Assembly: GCF_018977255.1 (NCBI RefSeq)
Contig: NW_024704743.1
Span: 37,636,001 to 37,700,000 of the forward strand
Origin: Callorhinchus milii
Lineage: Eukaryota
Length of the DNA stretch: 64,000 bases
Direction: 5' to 3'
In this document: piece by piece, positions 40,111 to 52,499 of the stretch
Numbering within the stretch: position 1 is the first letter of the stretch
How the letters are laid out: each line of letters begins with the position of its first letter
The notes under the pieces: generated by a model
The model's database searches: none
Seen by the model: only the letters and a program-made list of their open reading frames with translations
What the model was told of the DNA's origin: nothing
Program-made: the position numbers and the translations under genes

Positions 40111-41734
40111 AAAAGAAAGACAAGTCGTGCTCAACACATTTATTGGATTTTTTTGTGGATGTAGCAGTTATGATAACAGAGTGGAGATATTCAAGAGCAA
40201 GACTTCTGGAAGTCATTTCCTAAAGTGTTAAAGAGGAGACCTGTGATTAAAATGAAAGCTACTTGGGATATAGAAGGATTTGAGGATGACATTTTATAAT
40301 GTCAATTAATACTTATGTGCTTATTAACACCAGTTATTAATTAAGTGACTTTATGATAATTAATACATCAACTGGTGTCGGTGCATGGCAGAAGCGAAGC
40401 CCTCCCTCCCCTCCCAATTCCAAAATGGTTCTGAGTTGTGATTCAGTAAAGCCAATATTCTATTAACCAGCAATCTAGTGCTGTAGTCTACGAGCTATAA
40501 GTACAGTGCATGGCATGGTTGCCTTCTTAGTTTTGGTCATTGAGAAGGGTGTTGGAGAGGTCCTACTTCCTGCACACATGGGAACCGGTTAATGTATTAA
40601 TTATCATAAGGTGAATGAGACCAAAGGGGTTAAACCATCACAACATTGAAAAACAAAATGTACCCAATGCTTCCTCATGTTTCAATCCCCACTGAGCTTG
40701 CTCCTAGTCACACCTACTCACGCTGTTACTCATCATCAGAGCCCAGAAATTCCACCCAGTCTTAGCCTGTAAGACCATCTTACTTTAAAATTTAAGAATG
40801 TGCAGAATTGTGGGAAAAAAAAGTTTTTTATTCTTAATTTAACCATATTACTGTGGTTTTTAAAATAATTGGTTTCCAAATTTAAACCTAATTTAAGAAT
40901 TTTCCACCATTCAACATAATCTTAAATTTTAGACTAGATGAAATTTTGGGTCTTTGTAGAACACTGAACTGACAAAAGTACTGGTTATTGAATCGTGAAG
41001 AGCTGTACGTCTTCAGTCTGCCAAACAAAATCATAAATCTATAAGGATGAGTGTGAATTACAGTAACTGCATGAGCAGAGATGAGCCAGCCTTACCGGGA
41101 CTGTCTTTACATGTAACAGTCACTGCGGCAAGAGCAAGCCTGCATGACTGCTGACTCTTATTCCAAGCCACCATCTGCTGCCAGGCCAAGCATCACTCAC
41201 TTACACCCATCCCACGTACATACAGCTTGAACAGATGGTAGCACCATCAATGTGCAGTGCAATGACATGTTACAGTAATAGGAAAAAACATTAAAATGAC
41301 AAGAGATCTGTGCCAGTACATAACATGACATTGGACTTTGATATGAGCCCAGAAATACTAACTGGACTTTTTTGTAACAGAGCTAAGTGATTCAGATACA
41401 TCTCAAACACAAAATTCTACGTTGGCAAGAGGATAGAACAGCAAACAACAGTGCTTCCTTCAGGAATCAGGAGGAACACGCAAAGGTTTCCGACAGGTAA
41501 CTGAGGCATAGATTGCCCAATTCTCACTGTTGAGGAAAACATGAAAAGCATTATACTGTGAGGAGCAGCTTTACTTCCCAACGAAGTAATGCGGAAGTTG
41601 CGATGCTGCAACTTTGATGTGATAATCATTTATTGCCTGAGCAGTATGATCATCAATGTTGCTGCCTGGCAAACGGCAATAAGAGATCAGACCTTAACAC
41701 TCCAGTGTGTATTTATAATAATGATAATAATAAT

Positions 41735-42035
41735 AAGTTGGCCATTCAGCTCCTCAAGCCTGTTCTGTCATTCCAAAAGATCATGGCGGATCTGTACTTC
41801 AACTCCATATTTTGCCCCATATCGCTTGATGCCCAACTTAACAAAAATCTAACTCAGTCTTGAAAATGTGTAAGATGCAGCATCCACAGCCTTTGGGGGG
41901 AGAGAGTTCCAGATTTCCACTATCCATTGTGTGAAAAAATGCTTCTGATTTCACTCCTAAATGGCCTAGTTGTAATTTTAAGTTTATGCCCCCTTGTTCT
42001 GGATTCCCTACCAGATGAAATAATTTCTCTGAAGC
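41735..42035 (-). mobile_element. CR1 LINE 3' fragment
   Basis: ESRTRGHKLKI...RSEIR..F motif in ORF 41920-42150. Confidence 0.85.
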
Positions 42036-42247
42036 TACCCTTTTCATTTGTTCGGGTGTGGGGGAAGCTGCAGACAACAATAAAGGTCATTGCTGAAATG
42101 AGATTAATGAATTCATTTCCAATCCTTGGGTTTCTGGCTGATAAACTCACTGATGGCTTGACTCAAATATCTTGGACTGTAGTCTCACATTCAGCAGAAC
42201 TACTAATAAGGCCAGGATCAGGATTGTAACCGAAAGAAAGTTGAGGA

Positions 42248-43220
42248 GAACAACAACAAGAAGATTACATTTGTATAGCGCCTTTCACGTCGGGAGGACG
42301 TCCCAAGGCTTTGGACAGAATACAGCATTTCAAACCCGAGCTGGGGTCAGAGGGGGAAGGGAGGGGAAGGGGGGTGGCCGATCGCATGGTCAAAGAGGAG
42401 GGTCTTAAGGTGGGACTTGAAGGAGGCTAAGGAGGGGGTGAGGCGGAGTGACTGGGGGATGGAATTCCAAAGGTTGGGGGCAGAGTGGCTGAAAGCTCTC
42501 CCGCCAATGGTGGGGCGGGTGAGTCGGGGGACGTGGAGCAGGCTGGAGCCGGCTGAGCGGAGGGAATGGGCGGGTTGGTAGGGGGATAGGAGGTCACAGA
42601 GGTAGGGTGGGGCGAGGCCATGGAGGGCTTTGTAGGTGAGGACCAGGATCTTGAACTGGATGCTCTGAGGATAGGGAGCCAATGAAATCGGGTGAGAGTG
42701 GGGGAGATGGGATCATGGAGTTTGGTGCAGGAGAGGACACGGGCTGCAGAGTTCTGGATTATCTGCAGCCTGTGGAGGGAGGAGTTGGGAAGGCCGACAA
42801 GCAGGGCATTTGCATAGTCGAGCCTGGAGGTGATGAAGGCATGAACAAGCGTTTCAGTGGCCTGAGGGGTGAGATAGTGGCGGAGTCGGGCGATGTTACG
42901 GAGGTGAGGGAAGGCAGAGCGGGTCATGGCTTGAATGTGCGGAAGAAAAGACAGTTGAGGGTCGAACAAGACACCGAGGTTCCTGACTGGCTGATGAGTT
43001 GAAGTGTGCAACCATGGAGGTTGATGCTGCCAGAGCTTGAGGAGCTGAGGCACTGGCGCGAGCCAATCAGGAGGGCCTCAGTCGTGTTCACATTCAATTG
43101 TAGGAAATTTGCCCTCATCTAGGACTTGATGTCCAACAGGCATCAGGACAGCAGTGGTCCTGGAGTTGATGGTGGAGGCAGAAAGATAGAGTTGGGTATC
43201 ATCCGCATACATGTGGAAGT
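42248..43220 (-). mobile_element. L2 LINE, 5'-truncated (from the RT YADD motif to the 3' tail)
   Basis: [11 protein letters not shown] at the right edge; [39 protein letters not shown]; (TTG)n tail; frameshifted. Confidence 0.95.
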
Positions 43221-43686
43221 CGTGAAATGTATTTCACACATATTATAAGAATATGAAATTCTATGCCACACATTTGAAACTGAGACCAGAACAACATTTA
43301 AAGAGGCATTAACATTTAAACATTTAAAAAGGAAAAATGGAAATAAATCACAGGAATGTAGTTACCATTGGAGCACCTAATACCGTTTAGCCTCAGTTGG
43401 CCAAGCAGTCTCCTAATGTGCTAGAATTTCTATAGCTCGATGGTTCCCTTTGACACATCTGCACTGATCACTTGGGAGTATTGTGCAACACAGGTTCCAT
43501 TTAGTACAGACTAATCCCCAAATCAGTGAGGACACATAAAAGCAGCAAGTTCTCAACAGAAAGAAAGGGAGAAATTAAATCAGCGCCTGACTAAATGAGT
43601 TCTTAATTGATGAAGCAGAAGGTCTGTGCTGTCCCCAGTGACGTCAAGGACATTTGACCTAAATTCCATCATAAAGCTAGTGGGAT

Positions 43687-43951
43687 TAATAATAATAATA
43701 ATTTAATATAGCGCCTATCACATCTTCGAGATGTCTCAAAGCGCTTCACAGCATATACAGTAAAGTAAATTGACTGTACATTTTGTAGGAGAAACGTGGC
43801 AGTCAATTGCACACAGCAGTATCCCACAACAGTCATGGATTGAATGACCAATTTATTATTATTATTTTTTTGAATGAATTATTATCCCCGGAAAAGCGAT
43901 CCCCCAATCAACTAACCGGGTTCCTACTTACTGCTAGGTAAACAGAGGCGT
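43687..43951 (-). mobile_element. SINE family A lacking its head
   Basis: Body and tail align to the consensus. Confidence 0.85.
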
Positions 43952-43967
43952 GAAATTGCCCATACAG

Positions 43968-44223
43968 TAAGGTGACCATATTTTGTAAACCAAATCCAGG
44001 ACCACATATATAAAAAACATTGATCCCACCATAATCCAATGCTGGCAGTACTGGAGAAGCTTGTTGGATTAATGGCTGTGTTTCTCTAATGAGTGTATCT
44101 GTTTCAGAATTTTATTGTTCTTGCTCAGTTTGTTGCTGAACTCAAGACAGTGCAAATTTAGCCAGGATCACAATATCTCATCCAGGGACTGTTCCCAGAA
44201 ATCGGGGATGTATTGCCACCCTA
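43968..44223. mobile_element. Non-autonomous hAT element (Blackjack-type termini)
   Basis: TIRs TAAGGTGACCATA / TATTGCCACCCTA; 8-bp TSD CCATACAG (43960-43967) / CCATATAG (44224-44231). Confidence 0.82.
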
Positions 44224-45011
44224 CCATATAGCATAGCCTGACTGAAAAAACTTCACTTTTTTCAGACTGAAGCAACTCCAGACTCAGTTCTCTTAACTTC
44301 CAACTCTTTTATTCTCTTTTTCTTTGCCTCTCTCAGCACTGCGAGAATGTCAGCAGACTGCCACCACAAACGTGACCAGGGAGCTAGGCTAAGTCAGTGA
44401 ATCGCAAAGGGAGAAAGAGGTGAGCGTCTTGTGGTGCAGTGGGAAAGCCGGATAAGAACATTTTTATTAAACCATATTTTCTCATTGGCACTATTCACAA
44501 AACAGGATTATTAGGCTATGAGGTTATCAGGCTGGATTATGTTGGCTAGGGAATTAGGGTTTGTAGGTCAAGCAATTGTTTAGGGCCATGCTGGGTAGAT
44601 TGTGTCTCTGACTTGGATTCCATAGGTAGAGCAACTGCTTGTTAGTACCCAAGGCAATTTAAACAGTTTTTCAAAATATATTTCCTTCCTTTAGCCTTAT
44701 ACCATTTTGGAATTAAAGTAATCAATTATGAATGCATGGTTTTCAAATAATACAAACAATTAAATAACTTTTTAGTGCAATGCTGCTGCAGAGTTTTCCC
44801 ACAAGCTAATTGATTTCATCAATAACAGCAAGAGTCTAATGTGTTTATCTCCTTTTCACATGTGGGTGATTTGAGAATAAAACATTGGAAAAGTTCCTAT
44901 TTGATGCAGATCAGCGCAGAAGCTGTTTCACGGATTCGCAATGCTATTATTAGGATAAATACATGATATTAATCGTATTTGGGACATGTTGTTGGCAAGG
45001 CTACTGGTTTT

Positions 45012-45263
45012 GGTAAGGGTGCTGGTTTTGGTAAGGGTGCTGGTTTTGGTAAGGGTGCTGGTTTTGGTAAGGGTGCTGGTTTTGGTAAGGGTGCTGGTTT
45101 TGGTAAGGGTGCTGGTTTTGGTAAGGGTGCTGGTTTTGGTAAGGGTGCTGGTTTTGGTAAGGGTGCTGGTTTTGGTAAGGGTGCTGGTTTTGGTAAGGGT
45201 GCTGGTTTTGGTAAGGGTGCTGGTTTTGGTAAGGGTGCTGGTTTTGGTAAGGGTGCTGGTTTT
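45012..45263. repeat. Perfect minisatellite (GGTAAGGGTGCTGGTTTT)x14, plus one degenerate copy at 44994-45011
   Basis: 252 bp = 14 identical 18-mers. Confidence 0.98.
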
Positions 45264-45965
45264 GGGACTGAAGAGGTGGAAGAGGTAGGAAGGTACCAGG
45301 GAGTGCATGGATTTGAACACGAGTGTGAGGATCCATTTGGTGATGGGGAGCCAGTGGAGCCTGACCAGAACGGGTGAGATGTGGGTACAGAGTTTGGTCC
45401 GGGTCAGTATGCGGGCGGCAGAGTTTGAGTAATCCAGGCGGGAGGTGACAAATGCGTACACGAGGGTTTCGGCTGCATTTGGGGTAAGGTACGTTCGCAG
45501 ACCGGCAATGTGGCGGAGGTGGAGGAAGGCGGTCGTGTTGGGCATAGGACAGCTGGGCGTCGAACCGGACACGTAGGCACGGTCGAAAAGACCTGAAGAT
45601 GGGGAAGGAGGAGGCGAGGCGAAGGGGTTGAGGGAGGGAGTTCCAAAGTTTCGGGGCTTAGTGGCTGAAGGCACGGCCGCCGATGGTGTAGCGGAGGATT
45701 CAGGGGATGGGGTGGAGTCCGGACCCAGTAGAGCGGAGGCAGCGGGTACCGCTGTGGGGAGAGAGGAGGTTAGAGAGATGTGGGGGTGCCAAGGAATGGA
45801 GGGATTGAAACACAAGAGTTGATCCGCTCTGTGACAGGGAGCCAGTGGAGTTTGGCAAGGACTGGGGTAGTCGGGGTACAGAGTTTGGTGCGGGTGAGAA
45901 TGCGGGCCGTGGAGTTTTGAATGAGCTGAATTTTGTGAATAGTGGAGGAGGGGAGACCGGCGAGG
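45264..45965 (-). mobile_element. Two abutting L2 fragments
   Basis: [17 protein letters not shown]...LHWLP (45264-45575) and LAGLPSSTIHKIQLIQN...LHWLP (45575-45965). Confidence 0.88.
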
Positions 45966-46139
45966 AGGGCGCTGTCGTGGCCTATCACGTCATTGAGGCG
46001 TCTCAAAGCGCTTCACAGAATACACTGTAAGGGGAATTGACTGTATATTCTGTGGGAGAAACGTGGCGTTTCTGATAGTCTAACCTGACACACTGACTGG
46101 TAATAAACACTGTGTGGTGGTGGTGGTGGTGGTAACACA

Positions 46140-46700
46140 CACCCCGGAACGTTCCGCGCGGACTCTGTGTTCCGGGGGGGGGGGGGGGGGAAGGTTGGCG
46201 AGCGCGGGACCGGATGTGCAGCGGACAGTGGTCCGCGGGACCAGCGGAAGTGCGGCTGTTGGCGATGGCGGCGCAGGTCGCGCGGCGGCTGTTGCGGTGT
46301 GCGGGAGCCGCCGGCAGGTCTGAGGCTTTTTATATGAAATGTTTGGCTTCGTGGGGGGGGGTTAGAGCCGCGGCTCCCGTGTCCCTCAAGGGCAGAGATT
46401 CCTCCCTCCCTCCCTCCCTCCCCCCCACAGCGAGTCTCAGCCTCAAACCCAACCAGACAGGCGGTGGGGGGAGGGGAGGGGAGGGGAGGGAGGGCGTCTC
46501 CTGGGGTCACTGGCTCCACAGTCACATGTTTGTTAAGGGGATGTCAGGATGGAGCCAACCCTCTCGACGGTCTCTCGTCTGGTTCCTGGTCCGGGCGGTC
46601 CGCGGTATTCCAGGGCACTGCCGGGATCACCGGCACCACCTGGAAGGGCAGACCAGTCACTGGGGGCAGGGAGTCATCCCGCTCGGTGCCTGTTAGCCCT
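46140..46700 (+). promoter_or_regulatory. CpG island / TATA-less promoter of MRPL3 with ETS (GABP/NRF-2-type) sites
   Basis: Abrupt CpG-dense segment in otherwise CpG-poor DNA; CCGGATGTG 46210-46218, CGGAAGTG 46245-46252, palindrome CGGAACGTTCCG 46145-46156, YY1-like ATGGCGG over the start codon, G17 run 46174-46190. Confidence 0.8.
46265..46317 (+). CDS. MRPL3: MRPL3 exon 1, mitochondrial targeting peptide MAAQVARRLLRCAGAAG(R)
   Basis: Good Kozak context (gcgATGG); Arg/Ala/Leu-rich with no acidic residues; the AG|gtctga donor gives phase 2, matching exon 2. The donor is only moderately consensus. Confidence 0.8.
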
Positions 46701-47043
46701 GCAAACCAAAGCCCAAACGGGGTAGCGTGGTCCCAGCTGGACAAGCAGTGATGAAAGTGGACAGCAATGCCGATGGCAAGCTGTACGGTTTTAGCTGGTT
46801 AGACTCCAGCCGTACCCCAAAGCACACTCTAGGGTCCCCAAGCCTCGGCTTTTGCCAGCCTGTGCCTAATACTCTGCGGAATTAAATAAGCAGGATGCGC
46901 CCCTTCAGGGAGATAGTGTGCATTCCATTACAATAAATATCTCTGGAATTTCCATACATTTCCGTTGATGTATGGAGCTCTGTTTGATTTGGATATTATT
47001 AAGCATGGTGTTGGAGTTCTGCGTCAGACACCCAGCTGACCAA
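46520..47043 (+). mobile_element. Family X element copy in MRPL3 intron 1
   Basis: Aligns with the reverse complement of 26591-27104. Confidence 0.8.
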
Positions 47044-47714
47044 TATAAAAGTGTATTTCCTGCACGCCAGAGGAGCATGTTAGTGGCATGGCATGGAACA
47101 GTATAGTTTTGTACACTGTTAGGCATGAGTGAGTAACCCAGCTATCCCCAAAAGTCCCTCTTCCCTCCACGGGACACTGAAAGCCAAAGTTTATTTTTGA
47201 AATCGCTGCTCTACGATACCTAAGATTTTATTTACCTTTGCAAAAGCTTTCAACATCTTAATTGTAAAATTTGCACACATCACATTACATAGACTATACA
47301 TCACTGTATCAGGCAATTTGGCTCAACTTGTCTGTGCTGGTGTATACTTTATATGAGACTGTCAAAGCTGTGTTTGGGTTTATGCACCCGAAACGTCATG
47401 TTATAACAAAAACAAGAACTTACATTTATGTACTGCTCTTTATATGGGGCGTAGTGTCTTGCAGCACCTGACAATGGTGTAGTTTGACGCTGAGAAAGGG
47501 AGCTGACTGTAGGTACAATCAAAGAGGAAAGTTTTCAGATGTGATCTTAATATGGGGAAAGAGACGGCAAGGCAGAGCGATTGAGAGGGATAATATTTTC
47601 TGTTTTAATATATTTTGAAGTATCTAATGGAATATTTAAAATAGTTTATTTTACTGTTTGTTTTATGCTAAATTGTATAGGATTAACCTTATGGCTAATC
47701 TTTTTTTTTGCTAG

Positions 47715-47893
47715 AGGTCCATATTTAACACTGGTCAGAACCATCACAGAAAACACCTGGTGGGATGAACATCTTTCTGAAGAAAATCATCAATTTTTAA
47801 AAAAATTGGTTCCTGAAGAATATAAATCTTTGACCGCAAGCAAACTTTGTCCATTGAAGGATGAGCCATGGGCCAGGCTACCTTGGGTACCAG
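47715..47893 (+). CDS. MRPL3: MRPL3 exon 2: [59 protein letters not shown](G)
   Basis: ttttgctag|A...CCAG|gttagt; 179 nt; [11 protein letters not shown] and [10 protein letters not shown] are MRPL3 signatures. Confidence 0.96.
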
Positions 47894-48024
47894 GTTAGTT
47901 GATACTGCGCACATCTCCTGTATGAATTCAGTCAATTCACTTTACAGTATATTCTGTGAAGCACTTTGAGACGTCAAGTAGACATGAAACACGCTATATC
48001 AAATGCAAGGATTATTATTATTAT

Positions 48025-49210
48025 GAAACCCACCATCCTCATATACTGCGTGAAATCCACAACCCGTTTCTTTGATCTCATTTCCACACCGCTCCTGGCT
48101 GCCCAACTTCCCCTCCTCATGTCCCTGCTAGTCAGCATCATCATTCTCTTTCTCCAATGGCACAGTATCCCTCTCATTCAAAATTGCCATCCTTCTCCCC
48201 AAGAAACCTTCACTCAAGCCCTCCACAGTATTCAGCTACCATCCCAAATACAACCTGCCGTTCCTCTCCAAGTGCTGAAACGAATCATCGCTCCCCAACT
48301 TCTCTCCTTCAATTCCCTCTTTGAGTCCTTCTGTCTGATTTTCACCCCACCCTCAGCACTGGGACTGTCCTGGTTAAAGTTGCCTACAACATTCTCTGTA
48401 TCTATGACTAGTGCCTCCTTGTTATCCTCGATCTCTCTGCTGTCTTTGACATTGTAAAACACACTATTCTTCTCCACCAGCTCTCTTCCTTGTTCCACCT
48501 CAATGGTCTCACTCTTATCTATGCCAGTGTCTTTGTATTTTCTAACAGCTTCTATGGACTTCCTCATACCTCTATCCTTAGTCTTCTCCTTTACGCCATC
48601 TATTTGCTTTCTCTCTCCATCCACAGGCATGGAGGTCTTCCACATTAGAATGACACCTAACACTGTGCCTGTGAGTCCAGGACCATTATAGTTCTGACTA
48701 ATTTCCTGTCAGTCTTCAAGTCCTGGATGAGCTCTAACCTTCTCCAATTGAATGTCAACCAGACTGAGGTTCTTCTACTTGGCTCCCATGATTACATCAA
48801 TCAATACTCATTCCAGCAAGCCAGTTCACAAACTCTGAACTTGTTCAACCCCAAACTGTCTTTCAAGCCCAATCTGAGTTCTCATTCAATTGGCTTTCCC
48901 TCACTTCTATAACATCACCTATCTCTGCCACTATCTCTCTCCCCCAGGTTGTCAAGATCCTCATCCATATCTTCATCGTTTGACAGGTCCAATTATTCCA
49001 GTGCCTTGCTTGTCGGATCCATTAGTTCCTCTGCACACAAGCTGCCGTCCATTCCAAACTCTCACACAAGGCTCTGCAAGCCCACTACCCACCCCCTCCA
49101 CCCACTATTCTTCCTCAGCTCCACTGGCTCATCATCCCCTAGCAGATTGAATCAGTCAGCTGTGCAAAGTGCTTTGAAATCTCTTAATATGAAAGGCACT
49201 ATACAAATAT
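48025..49210 (+). mobile_element. Old, decayed L2 LINE in MRPL3 intron 2
   Basis: RT remnants (LLDLSA.FD, WMSSN.LQLNV.QTE.LL) and an L2 tail. Confidence 0.75.
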
Positions 49211-50144
49211 AAATTGTAATTTGGTAGTAAATGAGGATTATTTTTCTCTATTTGGCTCATGGCAAAACAAGATATATTTATTTGCATGCAGAAATGAGCT
49301 ATTTTATTTTGGCCAATAAAGGCAGTAGTAATTCTGGTTTACAATACTATATAATTATATATACTATATCATTTGTTTTAAAAACAAAGATATTTTAGGG
49401 GCATTATAAAACAAAAATGTGCATTATTGATGGTTTTGGTAAAATGTTAAAGCAAATGTTCACTGGTGTTCTCAGCTAAGGAGTTTATCTTAGAATGGGT
49501 CTTCCTGGCAATGATGTTGCTTTATGTCTAATCTGGTTACAGATTTTAGGAACAGGAAGCAAACGCATAACGAGTGCACTAACTTAGGCTGGCATCATCA
49601 GAATGTGTTTAATTCAATTAACATTTGGAATTCCTCAAATCTCATTTCATTTCTGATGGAGGGTTTTAACTGATAGAGCTTTCTCCGCTTAAGTCCACAT
49701 GTTTGTTGATGCCATTCCTTTTCCACGAAGGGCAGACATTGAAATACTTCCCTGTGATTATCATTTTGTTAAATAAAAGACTGAATGTGAAGAATCATTT
49801 GCAGTGCAGGTTATATCAAACACCACATACAGAAGTTAATATAAGGAAAGAGAGAAGGAATTATTTCAGTGTTACAGCACTGATAATAAATTTGCATTTG
49901 ATTTAAGCACCTATAATGTCAGTTTCAAAACGGTTCACAGGTAATTGTTGTCAAGTGCCGTGACTGTTATTGTAGACAAACCAGGAAGCCAGTTTATACA
50001 CAGCATGATCGCACAAACAGCTCTTAAAGCAAAAAAGTTATCCAGAAGATTCCTGTCAGGGCAGTAGAAGAGACTCATTTGGGGAAAAGACATCCATTTA
50101 GCCCATCTGTTCCATACAAATACAGCATTATTTACAGTAGATCT

Positions 50145-50548
50145 TGCTGTCAAGATCTCGACTTCAAGATCCTCACTTTTGTCTTCAAATCCCTCCGCTC
50201 CTCTGCAACCCCCTATCTCTCTGACCTCCTCTCCCCTCACAACATTGCCCGTTGCTTTCCCTTCACCAGGGCTGGCCTCCTCCTTGTCCCCCAAATCCTC
50301 CACTCCACCATCGGCGGCCGTGCCTTCAGCCACTACTCCCCAAGGCTCTGGAACTCCCTTCCTCACTCCCTTCGCCTCGCCCCTTCTCTTATAATTTTCA
50401 GGTCTCTGCTGAAGACCTTTCTTTTCGACCGCGCCTTTGGTCACCTTCCTCCCCCTCCCCCTGGCTCGGCCACGGGATCCATTACTATGAAGCGCTCTGA
50501 GGCGCCGTCCGGCGTGGAGCGTGCTATATAAATCCAAGTTGTTGTTGT
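50145..50548 (+). mobile_element. L2 3' end
   Basis: DFKILTFVFKSL...[19 protein letters not shown]...LKTFLFDRAF; (TTG)n tail. Confidence 0.92.
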
Positions 50549-50821
50549 CATTGCAATAAATCTTGAGAGTTGTTCAAAAGTTCAAGATTGATGTGGTGGA
50601 GTGTTTTTCTTAGCTCTTAGGAAATGGGACCATGATACTTGGCTTTTTGTACTTCTGGTTAATGTAGGTTGTAATAATTACAAACACAGGAAAAGAATAC
50701 ACTTGCATAAAATGTTAACTATGTATTATGCATGTATAGTAATTGTTTATATTGTTCAGTAATTAATAAATAATATTTCTGGTCATCTGTTCAGTAAATC
50801 ATACTTTTTGTTCTGCTGAAG

Positions 50822-50913
50822 GTGCTCAAAGGGTTGGACTTGTTGCAGTAAAGCTTGGGATGATGCCGTTATGGACTAAGACGGGTGAGAGACATGTTGT
50901 CACATTACTTCAG
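50822..50913 (+). CDS. MRPL3: MRPL3 exon 3: (G)[30 protein letters not shown]
   Basis: gctgaag|GT...CAG|gtgaga; 92 nt; uL3 KLGM motif. Confidence 0.97.
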
Positions 50914-51513
50914 GTGAGAGTACAAAATAATTAAAAAAGCCAGAGGAATTCCTTACAAATAGTGTTTCATTTGCCTACAAAATGTCCAGTCACAGCATTC
51001 TACATTCAGTAAATCCTGTGAAGTGCTTTGAGATGGTTTGATGAATTGATGAGGTTCTATATCAAACATAAGTTTTATTATTATATATGAAAGGGCATTG
51101 TCAGTTATTTCCACACCTGGCCTATACCCAAGGTTGCCTTTTTTCAATTTTTGATTTTCACAACTTTTAACACTTTGCTCCTACGGCCCACGTTGCTGAA
51201 ATCCTTTTCCAAGAGTAATAATTCTTTCAAAATTTTTTTTTAATCGTTCACTTAATTCTACGACTGTTTGTGGGACATTGCTGTGCGCAATTGGTTGCTT
51301 GTTTTGCCCACAAAATATACAGTCAATTCATTATACAGTATATTCTGTGAAGCGCTTTGAGATGTCTTGAAGACGTGATAAGGCGCTATATCAAATGCAA
51401 GGACTATTATTAAATTTTATTTTTGTTTGTATTGTATTTATCTATATTGAAGTAATTGAAAAAAAAGAAAAGATTGCACTTTACTATACGTTTTCCATCC
51501 TTTCTCTGTTCAG

Positions 51514-51612
51514 GTCCAAGATTGTCATGTTGTATCATACATTAGCAAAGAACAAAATGATGGAAAAACAGCTTCGCTGCTAGTTGGTGGGAAGAATACC
51601 TCTCCATTTAAT
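51514..51612 (+). CDS. MRPL3: MRPL3 exon 4: [33 protein letters not shown]
   Basis: tgttcag|GTC...AAT|gtaagg; 99 nt, phase 0/0. Confidence 0.95.
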
Positions 51613-52499
51613 GTAAGGAATGATTTTTATACATGTAGGTTTAGATATTGTTACTATAGAACATGATTTGATAACATTCCATACAATAAAATATCTTTAC
51701 AACTGTTAGTAGTGAATCATGTAAAAGGGTACAAGTTTGCAGGGAAGAGTGTTCCCCTCCATTTGTACACTATTTCGTCCTTGAGTAGTTATAGCTTATT
51801 TATGCATTTGTGTAGTCTGTGCACTTTGTCTTTTTTAAAGCTATAATTTTCATAGTTTTAGCTCAAGCCCAGATCGTGAGACCTTTATTTGTGGCTGCCA
51901 TTGTTTACCAGAATTGGCAGAATGTTATAGCAGTTGAAATGCTTTTTTTTTACGTATGTTTCTAACAGAGGAAAAGCTGNTTTTTTCTCTATAACTGCCC
52001 AGTTTTGAAATTTGAGACTAGTGGTTAATTGTAGTATTTCACATAAACTTGCATTCCTCAACAAATAAAATCCCAACCCACCCGTGTCAGTTATCACTGT
52101 CTTCGTGGGAGGAGGAAATAAGTTGGTCTGTTGATGGTGACACACTGGAGATGAGTCTTCTCTGTGTAGTGGACTCTGGGATCTGCTAGTAAAGCCAGAT
52201 AGGTCCAGAATAATACTCCAGACCCTGTTGATGATTGACAGCCTTCTCTTGTTCATGAATAGAACTTGGAGGGGAAGACTTGTTACGGGACAGTGAGAAT
52301 CTTCTCACCTAAATCCTGATAAACCTGGAAGACAGTGCACAATGGGTGGAGTGGTACTATCTCAGCAAGCAATGGGTCGCTTACCTGTATTATCTACTGG
52401 TACATTGATTCTTGCAGTACCAACAGTTTACTTTTTGGGGTCGGGTTCTGGCAGTTCACATCTTTGTTCTCTCACTTCGTGCAAAATCAATCTCTCCTC

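Noticed and set aside
41166..41186. CTCF-like motif (TGGCAGCAGATGGTGGC on the minus strand) between the genes
   Set aside because: Partial match of the kind expected by chance in 64 kb; needs ChIP or conservation data
45012..45263. CRISPR-like or telomere-like array
   Set aside because: Head-to-tail units with no unique spacers, eukaryotic context, and the unit is not TTAGGG
44928..45815. Longest ORF in the window (295 aa) and overlapping repeat-peptide ORFs as a novel gene
   Set aside because: A chimera of out-of-frame and in-frame L2 remnants and a stop-free 18-bp array; no splice or promoter support
46214..46751. Long GC-rich ORFs on both strands over the MRPL3 promoter
   Set aside because: Stop-codon depletion in a CpG island; only 46265-46317 fits the spliced gene
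51980..51980. Single N base
   Set aside because: Assembly ambiguity in intron 4, not a biological feature
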